Positions 33,296 to 41,913 of a stretch of 50,655 nt of DNA are shown piece by piece. Made by a program: the position numbers and the translations under genes. The notes under the pieces are model-generated. The model was not told where the DNA came from. It saw only the letters and a list, made by a program, of their open reading frames with translations, and ran no database searches. This DNA is from Vicingaceae bacterium. GTDB lineage: Bacteria > Bacteroidota > Bacteroidia > Flavobacteriales_E > Vicingaceae. The first letter of the stretch is position 1. Every line of letters starts with the position of its first letter. Location of the stretch: the NCBI GenBank assembly GCA_029251425.1, contig JAQXDJ010000072.1, forward strand, positions 1 to 50,655. The letters run 5' to 3'.

Positions 33296-33836
33296 AACTG
33301 GAATCATATTAGCTGGAGGGAAAAGTTCTCGAATGAATCAAGATAAAGGCTTGATGATGCTGAATGAAAAACCAATGATTCAATACGTTATTGAAGTTCT
33401 AAAAACAATTGTAGATGAAATTATAATTATTTCGAACAATCCTGAATATAAACAATTTGGCTATCCCGTCTATTCAGATTTAATTAAAGACAAAGGGCCT
33501 TTAGCAGGAATTTATACAAGTTTATATTATTCTCAATCTGAAACAAATATTATTTTAAGTTGTGACACCCCCCATATTAGTTCTGAATTAATTTCATTTC
33601 TACTTTCATCACATCAAAATCATCAAATTACAATTCCAGAAAAAGAAAATCAAACACATCAATTAATTGGCGTGTTTTCTAAATCTTGCGAAACGAATTT
33701 TGCGCTTTCCATAGAAAAAAGTCAATTAAAATTAATCGATGCGTTCAAAAACTTAAATTTGAATATTGTTGATGCAAATCGATTTGACGCACATGTTTTT
33801 AAAAATATAAATACACCAAGTGACCTTAACAATTAA
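33282..33836 (+). CDS. mobA: Molybdenum cofactor guanylyltransferase
   Basis: 184 aa. N-terminal GIILAGGKSSRMNQDK, GPLAGI and SCDTP motifs. Confidence 0.8.
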   Translation: MKMSKTGIILAGGKSSRMNQDKGLMMLNEKPMIQYVIEVLKTIVDEIIIISNNPEYKQFGYPVYSDLIKDKGPLAGIYTSLYYSQSETNIILSCDTPHISSELISFLLSSHQNHQITIPEKENQTHQLIGVFSKSCETNFALSIEKSQLKLIDAFKNLNLNIVDANRFDAHVFKNINTPSDLNN

Positions 33837-34056
33837 ATATTTTGGAATGACTGCTGAAGGTTCTGGGAAAACTGAAGAATCAGTTCATTCTAATTATTCA
33901 TCAATTGCTGAGTTAAAAAAAGATATCATCAATAAACATCCTAAACTAGAAAAAATAAACTTTAAGATAGCGGCAAATCAAACCATTGTTAATGAAGATT
34001 ATTTATTGTCTGGAGATGAAGAAATAGCCTTGTTACCACCATTTGCAGGAGGATGA
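33820..34056 (+). CDS. moaD: Molybdopterin synthase sulfur-carrier subunit
   Basis: 78 aa. Ubiquitin-like size, and it ends in the diagnostic ...LPPFAGG. Confidence 0.8.
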   Translation: MTLTIKYFGMTAEGSGKTEESVHSNYSSIAELKKDIINKHPKLEKINFKIAANQTIVNEDYLLSGDEEIALLPPFAGG

Positions 34057-35156
34057 ATTTAACAGATCAAGAAAAAAATAGATACAGCAGACACATCTCT
34101 CTTAAAGAGGTCGGATTATCTGGGCAAGAAAAATTAAAAGCTGCCAAAGTGTTAATTATTGGCGCTGGTGGTCTGGGCTGCCCTGCACTACAATATTTAA
34201 CAGCGGCAGGTATTGGAACTATTGGTATTATTGATTTTGATACAGTTGATGAAACCAATTTACAACGTCAGATTTTGTTTACTGTAAATGATATCGGAAC
34301 TAATAAAGCCACTGCTGCAAAAAAGCGCTTAATTCAATTAAATCCTAACGTAAATTTTAACGTTTACACCGATAAGTTAACAACAAAAAATGCCTTATCA
34401 CTTTTTAATAATTATGATGTTATAGTTGATGGAACCGATAATTTTTCTACTCGTTACTTAATTAATGATGCAAGTGTCATTACCAACAAACCACTAGCAT
34501 ATGGTGCTATTTATAAATTTGAAGGACAAGTAACTGTTTTCAATCATAACAATGGACCAAGTTATAGGTGTTTGTTTCCTGAACCTCCAAAAGCAGGAAG
34601 CGTACCCAATTGTTCTGACATTGGTGTTATTGGAGTTTTACCAGGCTTAATAGGTACCCAACAAGCTAACGAAGTTTTAAAACTGATTTTAGAAATAGGA
34701 AATCCTCTTTCTGGAAAATTGCTCACATACAATGCTTTAGACAATTCATCTTTAACATTAAATGTGCCCAGATCTGAAGAAGAAATAGAAAAAATAAAAA
34801 GTGATAATTTTAGTTTTGAAACAATGGATTATGACTTTTTTTGCGGTCTATTAAAACAAGAAAAAATGAAAGAAATATCAATAGAGGACTTAAAAAAATG
34901 GTATGAAGAGTCGAAAGATTTTCAAGTAATTGACGTAAGAGCAGACTGGGAACTACCTAGAATTAATAAAGAAAATGTAGTGGTAATTCCGTTAGACGAA
35001 TTACAAAATGGTATTCCTAAAATATCTAAATCAAAAGATGTTGTAGTTATTTGTCAGCATGGTGTGAGGAGCAAGTTTGCAATTGAAGCATTAGAGCGAG
35101 AATACAACTTTACAAATTTAATTGACCTCTCAGAAGGGGCAGCAAATTGGAAATAA
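34053..35156 (+). CDS. moeB: Molybdopterin-synthase adenylyltransferase (ThiF/MoeB fold) fused to a C-terminal rhodanese domain
   Basis: 367 aa. RYSRHI, GAGGLGCP and the CxxC pair region. The C-terminal rhodanese has the active-site loop CQHGVRS. Confidence 0.85.
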   Translation: MNLTDQEKNRYSRHISLKEVGLSGQEKLKAAKVLIIGAGGLGCPALQYLTAAGIGTIGIIDFDTVDETNLQRQILFTVNDIGTNKATAAKKRLIQLNPNVNFNVYTDKLTTKNALSLFNNYDVIVDGTDNFSTRYLINDASVITNKPLAYGAIYKFEGQVTVFNHNNGPSYRCLFPEPPKAGSVPNCSDIGVIGVLPGLIGTQQANEVLKLILEIGNPLSGKLLTYNALDNSSLTLNVPRSEEEIEKIKSDNFSFETMDYDFFCGLLKQEKMKEISIEDLKKWYEESKDFQVIDVRADWELPRINKENVVVIPLDELQNGIPKISKSKDVVVICQHGVRSKFAIEALEREYNFTNLIDLSEGAANWK

Positions 35157-35599
35157 TGAGCGAAAAGAAAATAAAAAACTCCTTAGTGGAAGGACCAATT
35201 ACACCCGAAAAGATTGCTAAATCAATTGCTCACCACCAAGTAAAAACAAACATTGGTGCACACGATATTTTTTTAGGTCAAGTAAGGGCTGATGAAATTG
35301 AAGGTAAACAAGTTGTTGGCATTGATTATTCCGCTTATGCTGAAATGGCTAATAAAGTTTTTGATGAAATTAGAGAAGAAGCTTTTTCTAAATTTGATTT
35401 AACGTGCGGACACATATATCACAGCACAGGAATTGTTAAAACAGGAGAATTGTGTTTATTTGTTTTCACATCATCTAAACATAGACAGATGACTTTTGAT
35501 GCTACTCGATTTATAACCGAAGCAATAAAAGAAAGAGTCCCTGTTTTTGGCAAAGAATTATTTGAAGATGGCAAACATGTTTGGAAGGTTAATAAATAA
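35147..35599 (+). CDS. moaE: Molybdopterin synthase catalytic subunit
   Basis: 150 aa. GAHDIFLGQVR...YSAY...SSKHR...PVFGKE pattern of MoaE. Confidence 0.85.
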   Translation: MEIMSEKKIKNSLVEGPITPEKIAKSIAHHQVKTNIGAHDIFLGQVRADEIEGKQVVGIDYSAYAEMANKVFDEIREEAFSKFDLTCGHIYHSTGIVKTGELCLFVFTSSKHRQMTFDATRFITEAIKERVPVFGKELFEDGKHVWKVNK

Positions 35600-35604
35600 T
35601 TGAA

Positions 35605-36513
35605 ATGGTAGATATCACAGCAAAAGTAAACACACTCAGAATAGCAACAGCACAAGCAGTTGTAGTAGTAAGCAAACAAGAAACGATAGATGCAATAAAA
35701 AATGGAACTGTTCCTAAAGGAGATGTTTTTGCCATGAGTAAGGCTGTTGGATTGCTAGGTGTAAAGCAAACAGCTAACATTTTAGCTGATTGTCATCCAA
35801 TGCCAATTGAATATACAGGAATTGATTACCAAATAAATGGATTAGAAATTACAGTTACCATGACTGTAAAAACCATTTACAAAACTGGCGTTGAAGTTGA
35901 AGCTATGCACGGAGCAAGTGTAGTTGCACTAAACATGTATGACATGTTAAAACCGGTTGATAAAGGAATTGAAATTCACAACATTAAATTAATAGAAAAA
36001 AAAGGTGGGAAATCTGACTTTAAAGATCGCTTTAGAACTGATTTAAAAGCTGCTGTAGTTGTCTGTTCTGACACAATTTCTGCTGGACAAAAAGAAGATA
36101 AAGCAGGAAAAGCCATTATTAAGAAATTAGAAGAAAGCGGAGTTGAAATAATGGACTACATTATTATTCCTGATGAAGTTGACGAAATACAAGCAAAGGC
36201 TTTATCCTACACAGAACAAGGAGCTAATATGGTCGTCTTTACTGGTGGAACAGGTTTATCAAGCAGAGATGTAACTCCCGAAGCATTAAAACCTTTAATT
36301 GATAGAGAAATTCCAGGAATTGAAGAAGCAATTAGAAGTTACGGTCAAGACAGAACACCTTATTCCATGTTAAGTAGAAGTATTGTTGGAGTAAAAGGAG
36401 AAACGTTACTAATTGGTTTACCAGGATCAACCAATGGAGCTAAAGAAAGTATGGATGCTATTTTTCCAGCAGTTTTACACGTTTTTAGAGTTTTGAAAAA
36501 CGCTAAACATTAA
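35605..36513 (+). CDS. moaC: Bifunctional cyclic pyranopterin monophosphate synthase MoaC fused to a MoaB/MogA domain
   Basis: 302 aa. The N-terminal half has KGDVF...CHPMP...KTGVEVEAMHGASVVALNMYDMLK...KGGKSD (MoaC). The C-terminal half has VVCSDT...FTGGTGLSSRDVTPEA...LPGSTNGA (MogA/MoaB). Confidence 0.85.
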   Translation: MVDITAKVNTLRIATAQAVVVVSKQETIDAIKNGTVPKGDVFAMSKAVGLLGVKQTANILADCHPMPIEYTGIDYQINGLEITVTMTVKTIYKTGVEVEAMHGASVVALNMYDMLKPVDKGIEIHNIKLIEKKGGKSDFKDRFRTDLKAAVVVCSDTISAGQKEDKAGKAIIKKLEESGVEIMDYIIIPDEVDEIQAKALSYTEQGANMVVFTGGTGLSSRDVTPEALKPLIDREIPGIEEAIRSYGQDRTPYSMLSRSIVGVKGETLLIGLPGSTNGAKESMDAIFPAVLHVFRVLKNAKH

Positions 36514-36521
36514 TTAAAAAA

Positions 36522-37520
36522 TTAATCGCTATGCTCTCTACCTTTAATTTTAGAGGTTCTATAGCTCTTATCTAATTCCAAGTTTTCTTTTTCTAACTTT
36601 TTAGAAGGACCTTTTTCCAGTAATTCATTCAAGTCTGGCTGCCCAGCATTAACCCAAGCAGTATACCAATAGCTACCAACGGTAATTATAGAACTTGTTA
36701 ATCTTCGCTCAACCATTCCGTTCATCATATCATGATATGCAGAGGAGTATTCTTCAGAATATGTTTTAACCAAACTTGCCCCTCTATTTTCGTGTGAATA
36801 TTTTTGATCTGATGGAAATTCACCATTTAACTTTCGTTCAAAATCCAATACAGAATCTAATGCTCCAAAGCTTTCTTTAACAGTTTTCCATTCATCTTCC
36901 AATATATTATCTACATACTCAGCTCTTCCCACAAAAAAGTCATAGTCTTTTGCTTTCAGTTCTGGTAAACGAGATTCCCAAAAACCGTGAATTCCTCTCT
37001 GACCTGTTAACTGTCCATTATAGTTTTCTGTTGTATGCAATGGCACATGAGAATCTCCAATATAGTGTCCTAAATCTGCAGAAACACTTAAAATTCGATC
37101 TACATCTTTGGCTTCAAATGCCTTAGTTAAGCGGATAACCATTCTATTTACATGCCAAGGCACAATGCCATAAGCCTCTAAAGTATCCTCAGTAAACTTA
37201 TCTACTGCATCATACCATTTTTTTGGAACTACTTTAAAAGGATCTTCACCTGAATGTACATAATGATCAATATCTATGTAATGTCTCGGAGCTTCTCCTT
37301 CTACAGCGTACCTTCTTTTATCTGGATCTACAGCATGCTCTGTTATGTATTCAATGTTCTTCTTATAGAACTTTATCATTTCAGGTGGCAAAGTAAAAAC
37401 TGCCATTCGGTTTATTTTTTTATGACCGAAAAAACCCCAAGATGTAGCTGTTTCTTGAAAAAAAGATACAGCAAAAACGATAAGTACTAAGCTTAAAATA
37501 TATTTAGATATAAATTTCAA
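36522..37520 (-). CDS. Zinc-dependent phospholipase C / S1-P1 nuclease superfamily protein
   Basis: 332 aa. Signal/anchor sequence, then SWGFFGHKKINRMAV, DPDKRRY, PRHYIDIDHY and HVPLHTTENYNGQ His/Asp-rich metal-ligand motifs. Confidence 0.55.
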   Translation of the reverse strand: MKFISKYILSLVLIVFAVSFFQETATSWGFFGHKKINRMAVFTLPPEMIKFYKKNIEYITEHAVDPDKRRYAVEGEAPRHYIDIDHYVHSGEDPFKVVPKKWYDAVDKFTEDTLEAYGIVPWHVNRMVIRLTKAFEAKDVDRILSVSADLGHYIGDSHVPLHTTENYNGQLTGQRGIHGFWESRLPELKAKDYDFFVGRAEYVDNILEDEWKTVKESFGALDSVLDFERKLNGEFPSDQKYSHENRGASLVKTYSEEYSSAYHDMMNGMVERRLTSSIITVGSYWYTAWVNAGQPDLNELLEKGPSKKLEKENLELDKSYRTSKIKGREHSD

Positions 37521-37521
37521 A

Positions 37522-38265
37522 TTATGATTTATTACTTACTATAATATCTCCTTCCAATACCGGAACAATATCTGTTTGATCTAAAGATAAGCAATAAATA
37601 ACATCCTCTTCCATATTTAAACGGCTCAATCTTTTTCTATGAGATGAATTTCCTAAGAACCCATACATATCATCTTTCGCAGCATCATACATATTCATTG
37701 CTGCAATTGTAGAATCTGAAATATTTTGAAATCTTAAATTTTGAGTTATTTTTTGAGCTACAGCTCCAGCAAACAAAGTATCTTCTAAATTGAAACGATC
37801 TTTCCAGCCTGCACAAAAAAGTAAAACGTCTTTATCAGCTTTCTCTATATATTCGCAAACCGCAGTTAAATTAGCAAATGATCCAATAACAACATTAGCA
37901 GCAGATTTAGCAACATCAACTGCTTTAGTTCCATTTGTAGTTGTTAAAACAATTGTTTCCCCTTTAAATTTACCATCTTTAAATCCTAATGGTGAGTTTC
38001 CAAAATCAAACCCATCTACAACTTCAGCGTTTCGCTCAGCACCAACTTTATATCCTTCTGATTTATATTTGATAGCCTCTTCTAAATTAGCCACAGGAAT
38101 TAGTCCTTTTATACCACTTTCGAAAGCGGCACAAATTGCAGAAGTTGCTCTAAAAACATCTATAACTACAACTGTACAATCTGTACTTTCAAAATATGCT
38201 GGAAAAAGTGCTGGAGATAGAACTACCTCAACTTTTTTTGTATTTCCTGAAGATTCTTCACTCAT
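37522..38265 (-). CDS. comB: 2-phosphosulfolactate phosphatase family protein (ComB-like)
   Basis: 247 aa. VVVIDVFRATS, TTNGT and the C-terminal pattern are typical of the ComB family. Confidence 0.7.
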   Translation of the reverse strand: MSEESSGNTKKVEVVLSPALFPAYFESTDCTVVVIDVFRATSAICAAFESGIKGLIPVANLEEAIKYKSEGYKVGAERNAEVVDGFDFGNSPLGFKDGKFKGETIVLTTTNGTKAVDVAKSAANVVIGSFANLTAVCEYIEKADKDVLLFCAGWKDRFNLEDTLFAGAVAQKITQNLRFQNISDSTIAAMNMYDAAKDDMYGFLGNSSHRKRLSRLNMEEDVIYCLSLDQTDIVPVLEGDIIVSNKS

Positions 38266-38268
38266 ATC

Positions 38269-39363
38269 CTATCCTTTATAAAATGGCATTTTTACCACCT
38301 GTGCTTTAATTCTTTTATTTCTAATTGCAATGTATATTTCAGAATCAACTTTTGAGTTTTCTTTTGTAACATAGCCCATCCCAATAGCTTTTCCTAAAGA
38401 AGGTGCCATTGTTCCTGACGTTACAATTCCAATATTATTTCCATCAGCATCAACAATTTCGTAATCATGACGAGGAATACCTCTTTCCAACAATTCAAAT
38501 CCAACTAGTTTTTTAGTTACACCTGCTTCTTTTTGAGCTTTTAAATTATCAGAATTTACAAAATCCTTAGTAAATTTTGTAATCCAACCTAATCCTGCTT
38601 CTAACGGTGAAGTTGTATCATTTATATCATTTCCATACAAACAGAAACCCATCTCTAACCGCAATGTATCTCTTGCGGCTAATCCTGCCATTTTCATATC
38701 AACTGCTTTTCCAGCTTCTTGAATAGCGTTCCATACTGCTTCAGCATCTTTGTTTTCAAAATACACTTCAAAACCTCCAGCTCCAGTATAACCTGTAGAT
38801 GAAATGATTACATTATCAACTCCAGCAAACACACCTCTTTGTACAGTATAGTAAACCATATCTAAATCCATATTAGTTAATGGCTGCAACATTTTTTGTG
38901 CATTTGGCCCTTGTACAGCTAGCAATGAAATATTACTCGATTTATCAACTATAGAAACATTTGAAGTGTTATGCTTATTTACCCACGCCCAATCCTTATC
39001 TAAATTAGCTCCATTTACAACTAGCATATATTCCTCTTCACCTAACATGTAAACTAATAAATCATCTACAATTCCACCTTCATTGTTTGGAAAACAAGAG
39101 TATTGCACTTTTCCAACAGATAATTTTGAAGCATCGTTAGAAGTTATTCTCTGAATTAAATCCAAAGCACCTTCTCCTGTCACCATAAATTCTCCCATGT
39201 GTGAAACATCAAAAACACCAACATTATCTCTAACATTTAAATGCTCATCTGTTAAACCAGTATATTGCAAAGGCATATTAAAACCAGCAAATTCAACCAT
39301 CTTAGCACCTAAATCAATGTGCTTTTGTTTTAATGCTATATCTTTTATTTCTATTGTTTCCAT
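38269..39363 (-). CDS. gcvT: Glycine cleavage system aminomethyltransferase T
   Basis: [31 protein letters not shown] and the rest are typical of GcvT. The track extends to a TTG at 39384. I prefer ATG 39363 (METIEIK...) because a TAnnTTTG box sits at 39382-39389. Confidence 0.9.
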   Translation of the reverse strand: METIEIKDIALKQKHIDLGAKMVEFAGFNMPLQYTGLTDEHLNVRDNVGVFDVSHMGEFMVTGEGALDLIQRITSNDASKLSVGKVQYSCFPNNEGGIVDDLLVYMLGEEEYMLVVNGANLDKDWAWVNKHNTSNVSIVDKSSNISLLAVQGPNAQKMLQPLTNMDLDMVYYTVQRGVFAGVDNVIISSTGYTGAGGFEVYFENKDAEAVWNAIQEAGKAVDMKMAGLAARDTLRLEMGFCLYGNDINDTTSPLEAGLGWITKFTKDFVNSDNLKAQKEAGVTKKLVGFELLERGIPRHDYEIVDADGNNIGIVTSGTMAPSLGKAIGMGYVTKENSKVDSEIYIAIRNKRIKAQVVKMPFYKG

Positions 39364-39381
39364 ATTTTTTATTTTATCTTG

Positions 39382-39389
39382 CAAATGTA
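39382..39389 (-). promoter_or_regulatory. Candidate -7 promoter box for gcvT
   Basis: The minus strand reads TACATTTG (exact TAnnTTTG, the same octamer as the ddl and tRNA-Glu boxes), 18 nt upstream of ATG 39363. It lies in the short gap after the sugar-transferase gene. Confidence 0.4.
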
Positions 39390-39404
39390 TTAAATAAGAA
39401 GAAG

Positions 39405-40763
39405 TTATTTATGATCTTTAAACATCCCAAACATAGTATAGAATACTATTTTCATATCTAAATATAAAGACCAGTTGTTTACATAAAAACGGTCAAGCCT
39501 AACCCTATTTGTCAGTAAATAAGAATCGTCAATTTCTCCACGATAGCCTTTAACTTGAGCTAACCCTGTAATTCCTGGTTTTATTGCATGTCTATTCATA
39601 AAGTTGCCGATAAGTTGGCTATATTCTTCAGTATGTTTAAGCATGTGTGGACGAGGTCCAACAACACTCATATCTCCTAAAAATACATTTATAAATTGAG
39701 GGAATTCATCTAAACTCGACCTTCTAAGAAAATGCCCAACTTTAGTAATTCTTTTATCCCCTTTTGTTGCCTGAACTTTATCTGAATCCTTATTTACAGT
39801 CATACTTCTAAATTTCCAGCAATTAAATTCTTTATTACCTAACCCAGTTCTTTTTTGTTTAAAAAACACTGGACCCTTTGATGTAAACTTAATTATGATT
39901 GCTAGTATTGGAAATAACCAACTCAAAACTGCTATCATAATAAACGATGAAAACAATACATCAAAAGACCTTTTTAAGAGTGTATTATAAGGATCATCCA
40001 AAGGTGTTAAAGGTATATTTAAAACTGTTGTATGGCTAATATTTCTAGCTTCAATAACTTTGGAACTAACTCTTTGCCAGTCTAAAACTAACCTTAACCT
40101 AATAAAGTTGTTATCACAATAGTTTGACAAGTCTTCCATCAAAGATTCGTCAATTAATGATATCTTAATGTAAAGTTCAGTAATTGGTGTTGAACTTCTC
40201 AACTCTTCTAATTTTTTAATTAAATTTTGAGTATCCGATATCTCTTCTATTTGCTGATAATCATCATCAATAATACTTTCTAATAGTGAAGATTTTACAT
40301 CTGAAATTGAAAAGCCTTTACCAACAATTACTACAAGATTCTTTTTTATCCGTTTAGCGATGTAAGCTTTATAAACAAGATTGGTTAATAATCGTCCAAC
40401 AGTCATTAAAACTGCAAATCCAATAAAAGTGTATAATAAAAATAATCTCGAATAAAATGTTTTGATTAACCCATTAAGTCCAATTGTTATTAATAACTGG
40501 AGCAGAACAACCAACAAAACTCGAAGAAAATACCTTCTTCTACTTGCAAATAAATATGTACTATAAATTTTTTGAGAATGTGATAACACTACCCAAGACA
40601 GGTTAATAACAATAAGTAAGGTTAGATATTTGCTTTCTAAAAAACTGTGCTCCTCAACTTCTCTAAACCGTAAGAATTCAGCTATAAAAAATGCAACATT
40701 AAGAGTTATTAAATCGATAAATCGATAATATAGTCCCAAAAAATATTTGTGATTTTTATCCAC
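39405..40763 (-). CDS. Polyprenyl-phosphate glycosyl-1-phosphate transferase (WbaP/bacterial sugar transferase family), the initiating enzyme
   Basis: 452 aa with a GTG start. Four N-terminal TM helices. C-terminal KRSFDVLFS...[12 protein letters not shown]...FRSM...[22 protein letters not shown]. Confidence 0.85.
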   Translation of the reverse strand: MDKNHKYFLGLYYRFIDLITLNVAFFIAEFLRFREVEEHSFLESKYLTLLIVINLSWVVLSHSQKIYSTYLFASRRRYFLRVLLVVLLQLLITIGLNGLIKTFYSRLFLLYTFIGFAVLMTVGRLLTNLVYKAYIAKRIKKNLVVIVGKGFSISDVKSSLLESIIDDDYQQIEEISDTQNLIKKLEELRSSTPITELYIKISLIDESLMEDLSNYCDNNFIRLRLVLDWQRVSSKVIEARNISHTTVLNIPLTPLDDPYNTLLKRSFDVLFSSFIMIAVLSWLFPILAIIIKFTSKGPVFFKQKRTGLGNKEFNCWKFRSMTVNKDSDKVQATKGDKRITKVGHFLRRSSLDEFPQFINVFLGDMSVVGPRPHMLKHTEEYSQLIGNFMNRHAIKPGITGLAQVKGYRGEIDDSYLLTNRVRLDRFYVNNWSLYLDMKIVFYTMFGMFKDHK

Positions 40764-40784
40764 CGTAACACTAAGTTAATCTTA

Positions 40785-41873
40785 TTATTTTGCTAATTTA
40801 ACAAATAAGTTCTCGTAGTCGTCAATAATTTTATCCCAAGTATAAAGTGTTTCTATCTTTTCAAGATTTTTAGAAACATATTCATTCCGAAATTGATTTT
40901 TATCCTCTAAAAATAATTGGCTAGCTTCTTTACTATTAATAAAGTAAAAAGCTTCTGTTTCTAATATACTTCTATTAAACACATTATTGTGAGCAGCAAT
41001 TAAAGCTCCTGAAGACATTGCCTCCAAAAGAGAAGGATTGGTACCTCCAACTGAGTGTCCGTGAAAATATAAATTAGCATAAAATCTTAAATTATTTAAG
41101 ATCTCAATATCATAAATACCTCCCAAAAACTGAATATTCTTATTGTGTTGAAATTTACTGACTAAGTATTTACCGAACTCATTTGTTGTTTTACCCACAA
41201 CCAAAAAAGGTTCTTCACTTCCGCTTTGATGATAACCATCTAATATCGTTTCAATATTATTTTCGGGTTCCATTCGAGCAATTAACATGTGATATTTATG
41301 CTCTTGGATATTATAATCATTTAAAACTGTTTTATTTGGAGCATTAAAAACATGAGCTCCATAAGGAATATAGGTAGATTCAACATTAAAATTTGTTTTT
41401 AAATGCTGTTGAATCCCTACAGAATCTGACACCAAATGATTACTAGTATTTATCGCCCATTTTTCTGCTTTCTTTAAAAAATATTGAACCTTTTTTGAAA
41501 ACTTACTCCTCATCCACTCTAACCCATCCATATTAGTAATAACAATAGGTTTTTTAGGTAATAAACTTCCCCATATTGAGCTACTCGTATATCCCAGTTG
41601 CAACAGAATGTCAAAATTTTTTTTTCTTGAATCGAGGATACAATTTAAGTCATAAATAAACTGACCAGCTGTCCCCATCTTATCTTCCATATCCTTACAA
41701 TGAACGATATTAACACCTTTCCAAATGTTTTCTTGATAAGGATGAAGATGTGAGTTATAAACCCACACTTCGTGTCCTCTATTAACTAAGCCTAAAGATA
41801 AATATTCCGCAAATTGCTCAAACCCTCCATAATGATTGGGAATACCCCTCGTTCCAATTATTGCTATTTTCAT
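40785..41873 (-). CDS. Glycosyltransferase family 1 with DUF1972-type N-terminus
   Basis: 362 aa. MKIAIIGTRGIPNHYGGFEQFAEYLS is the DUF1972 signature. C-terminal GT1 motif GGTNPSLLEAMSSG. Confidence 0.75.
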   Translation of the reverse strand: MKIAIIGTRGIPNHYGGFEQFAEYLSLGLVNRGHEVWVYNSHLHPYQENIWKGVNIVHCKDMEDKMGTAGQFIYDLNCILDSRKKNFDILLQLGYTSSSIWGSLLPKKPIVITNMDGLEWMRSKFSKKVQYFLKKAEKWAINTSNHLVSDSVGIQQHLKTNFNVESTYIPYGAHVFNAPNKTVLNDYNIQEHKYHMLIARMEPENNIETILDGYHQSGSEEPFLVVGKTTNEFGKYLVSKFQHNKNIQFLGGIYDIEILNNLRFYANLYFHGHSVGGTNPSLLEAMSSGALIAAHNNVFNRSILETEAFYFINSKEASQLFLEDKNQFRNEYVSKNLEKIETLYTWDKIIDDYENLFVKLAK

Positions 41874-41913
41874 AAAGCTTGCTTATTTATATATTTCACT
41901 TTCCAGTTTCTCA

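Noticed and set aside
37790-38281. A 163-aa antisense ORF lies inside comB. Similar antisense ORFs lie at 14174-14509, 30019-30354, 9857-10162, 3692-3934, 42386-42625 and 43719-43976.
   Set aside because: Each lies fully inside a well-supported gene on the opposite strand, has low-complexity or Ser/Thr/Leu-rich content typical of shadow frames, and matches no recognisable motif.
39364-39404. Looked for a glycine riboswitch upstream of gcvT.
   Set aside because: Only about 40 nt separate gcvT from the upstream gene, which is far too short for a glycine riboswitch aptamer. The space is occupied by a promoter-like TACATTTG box.
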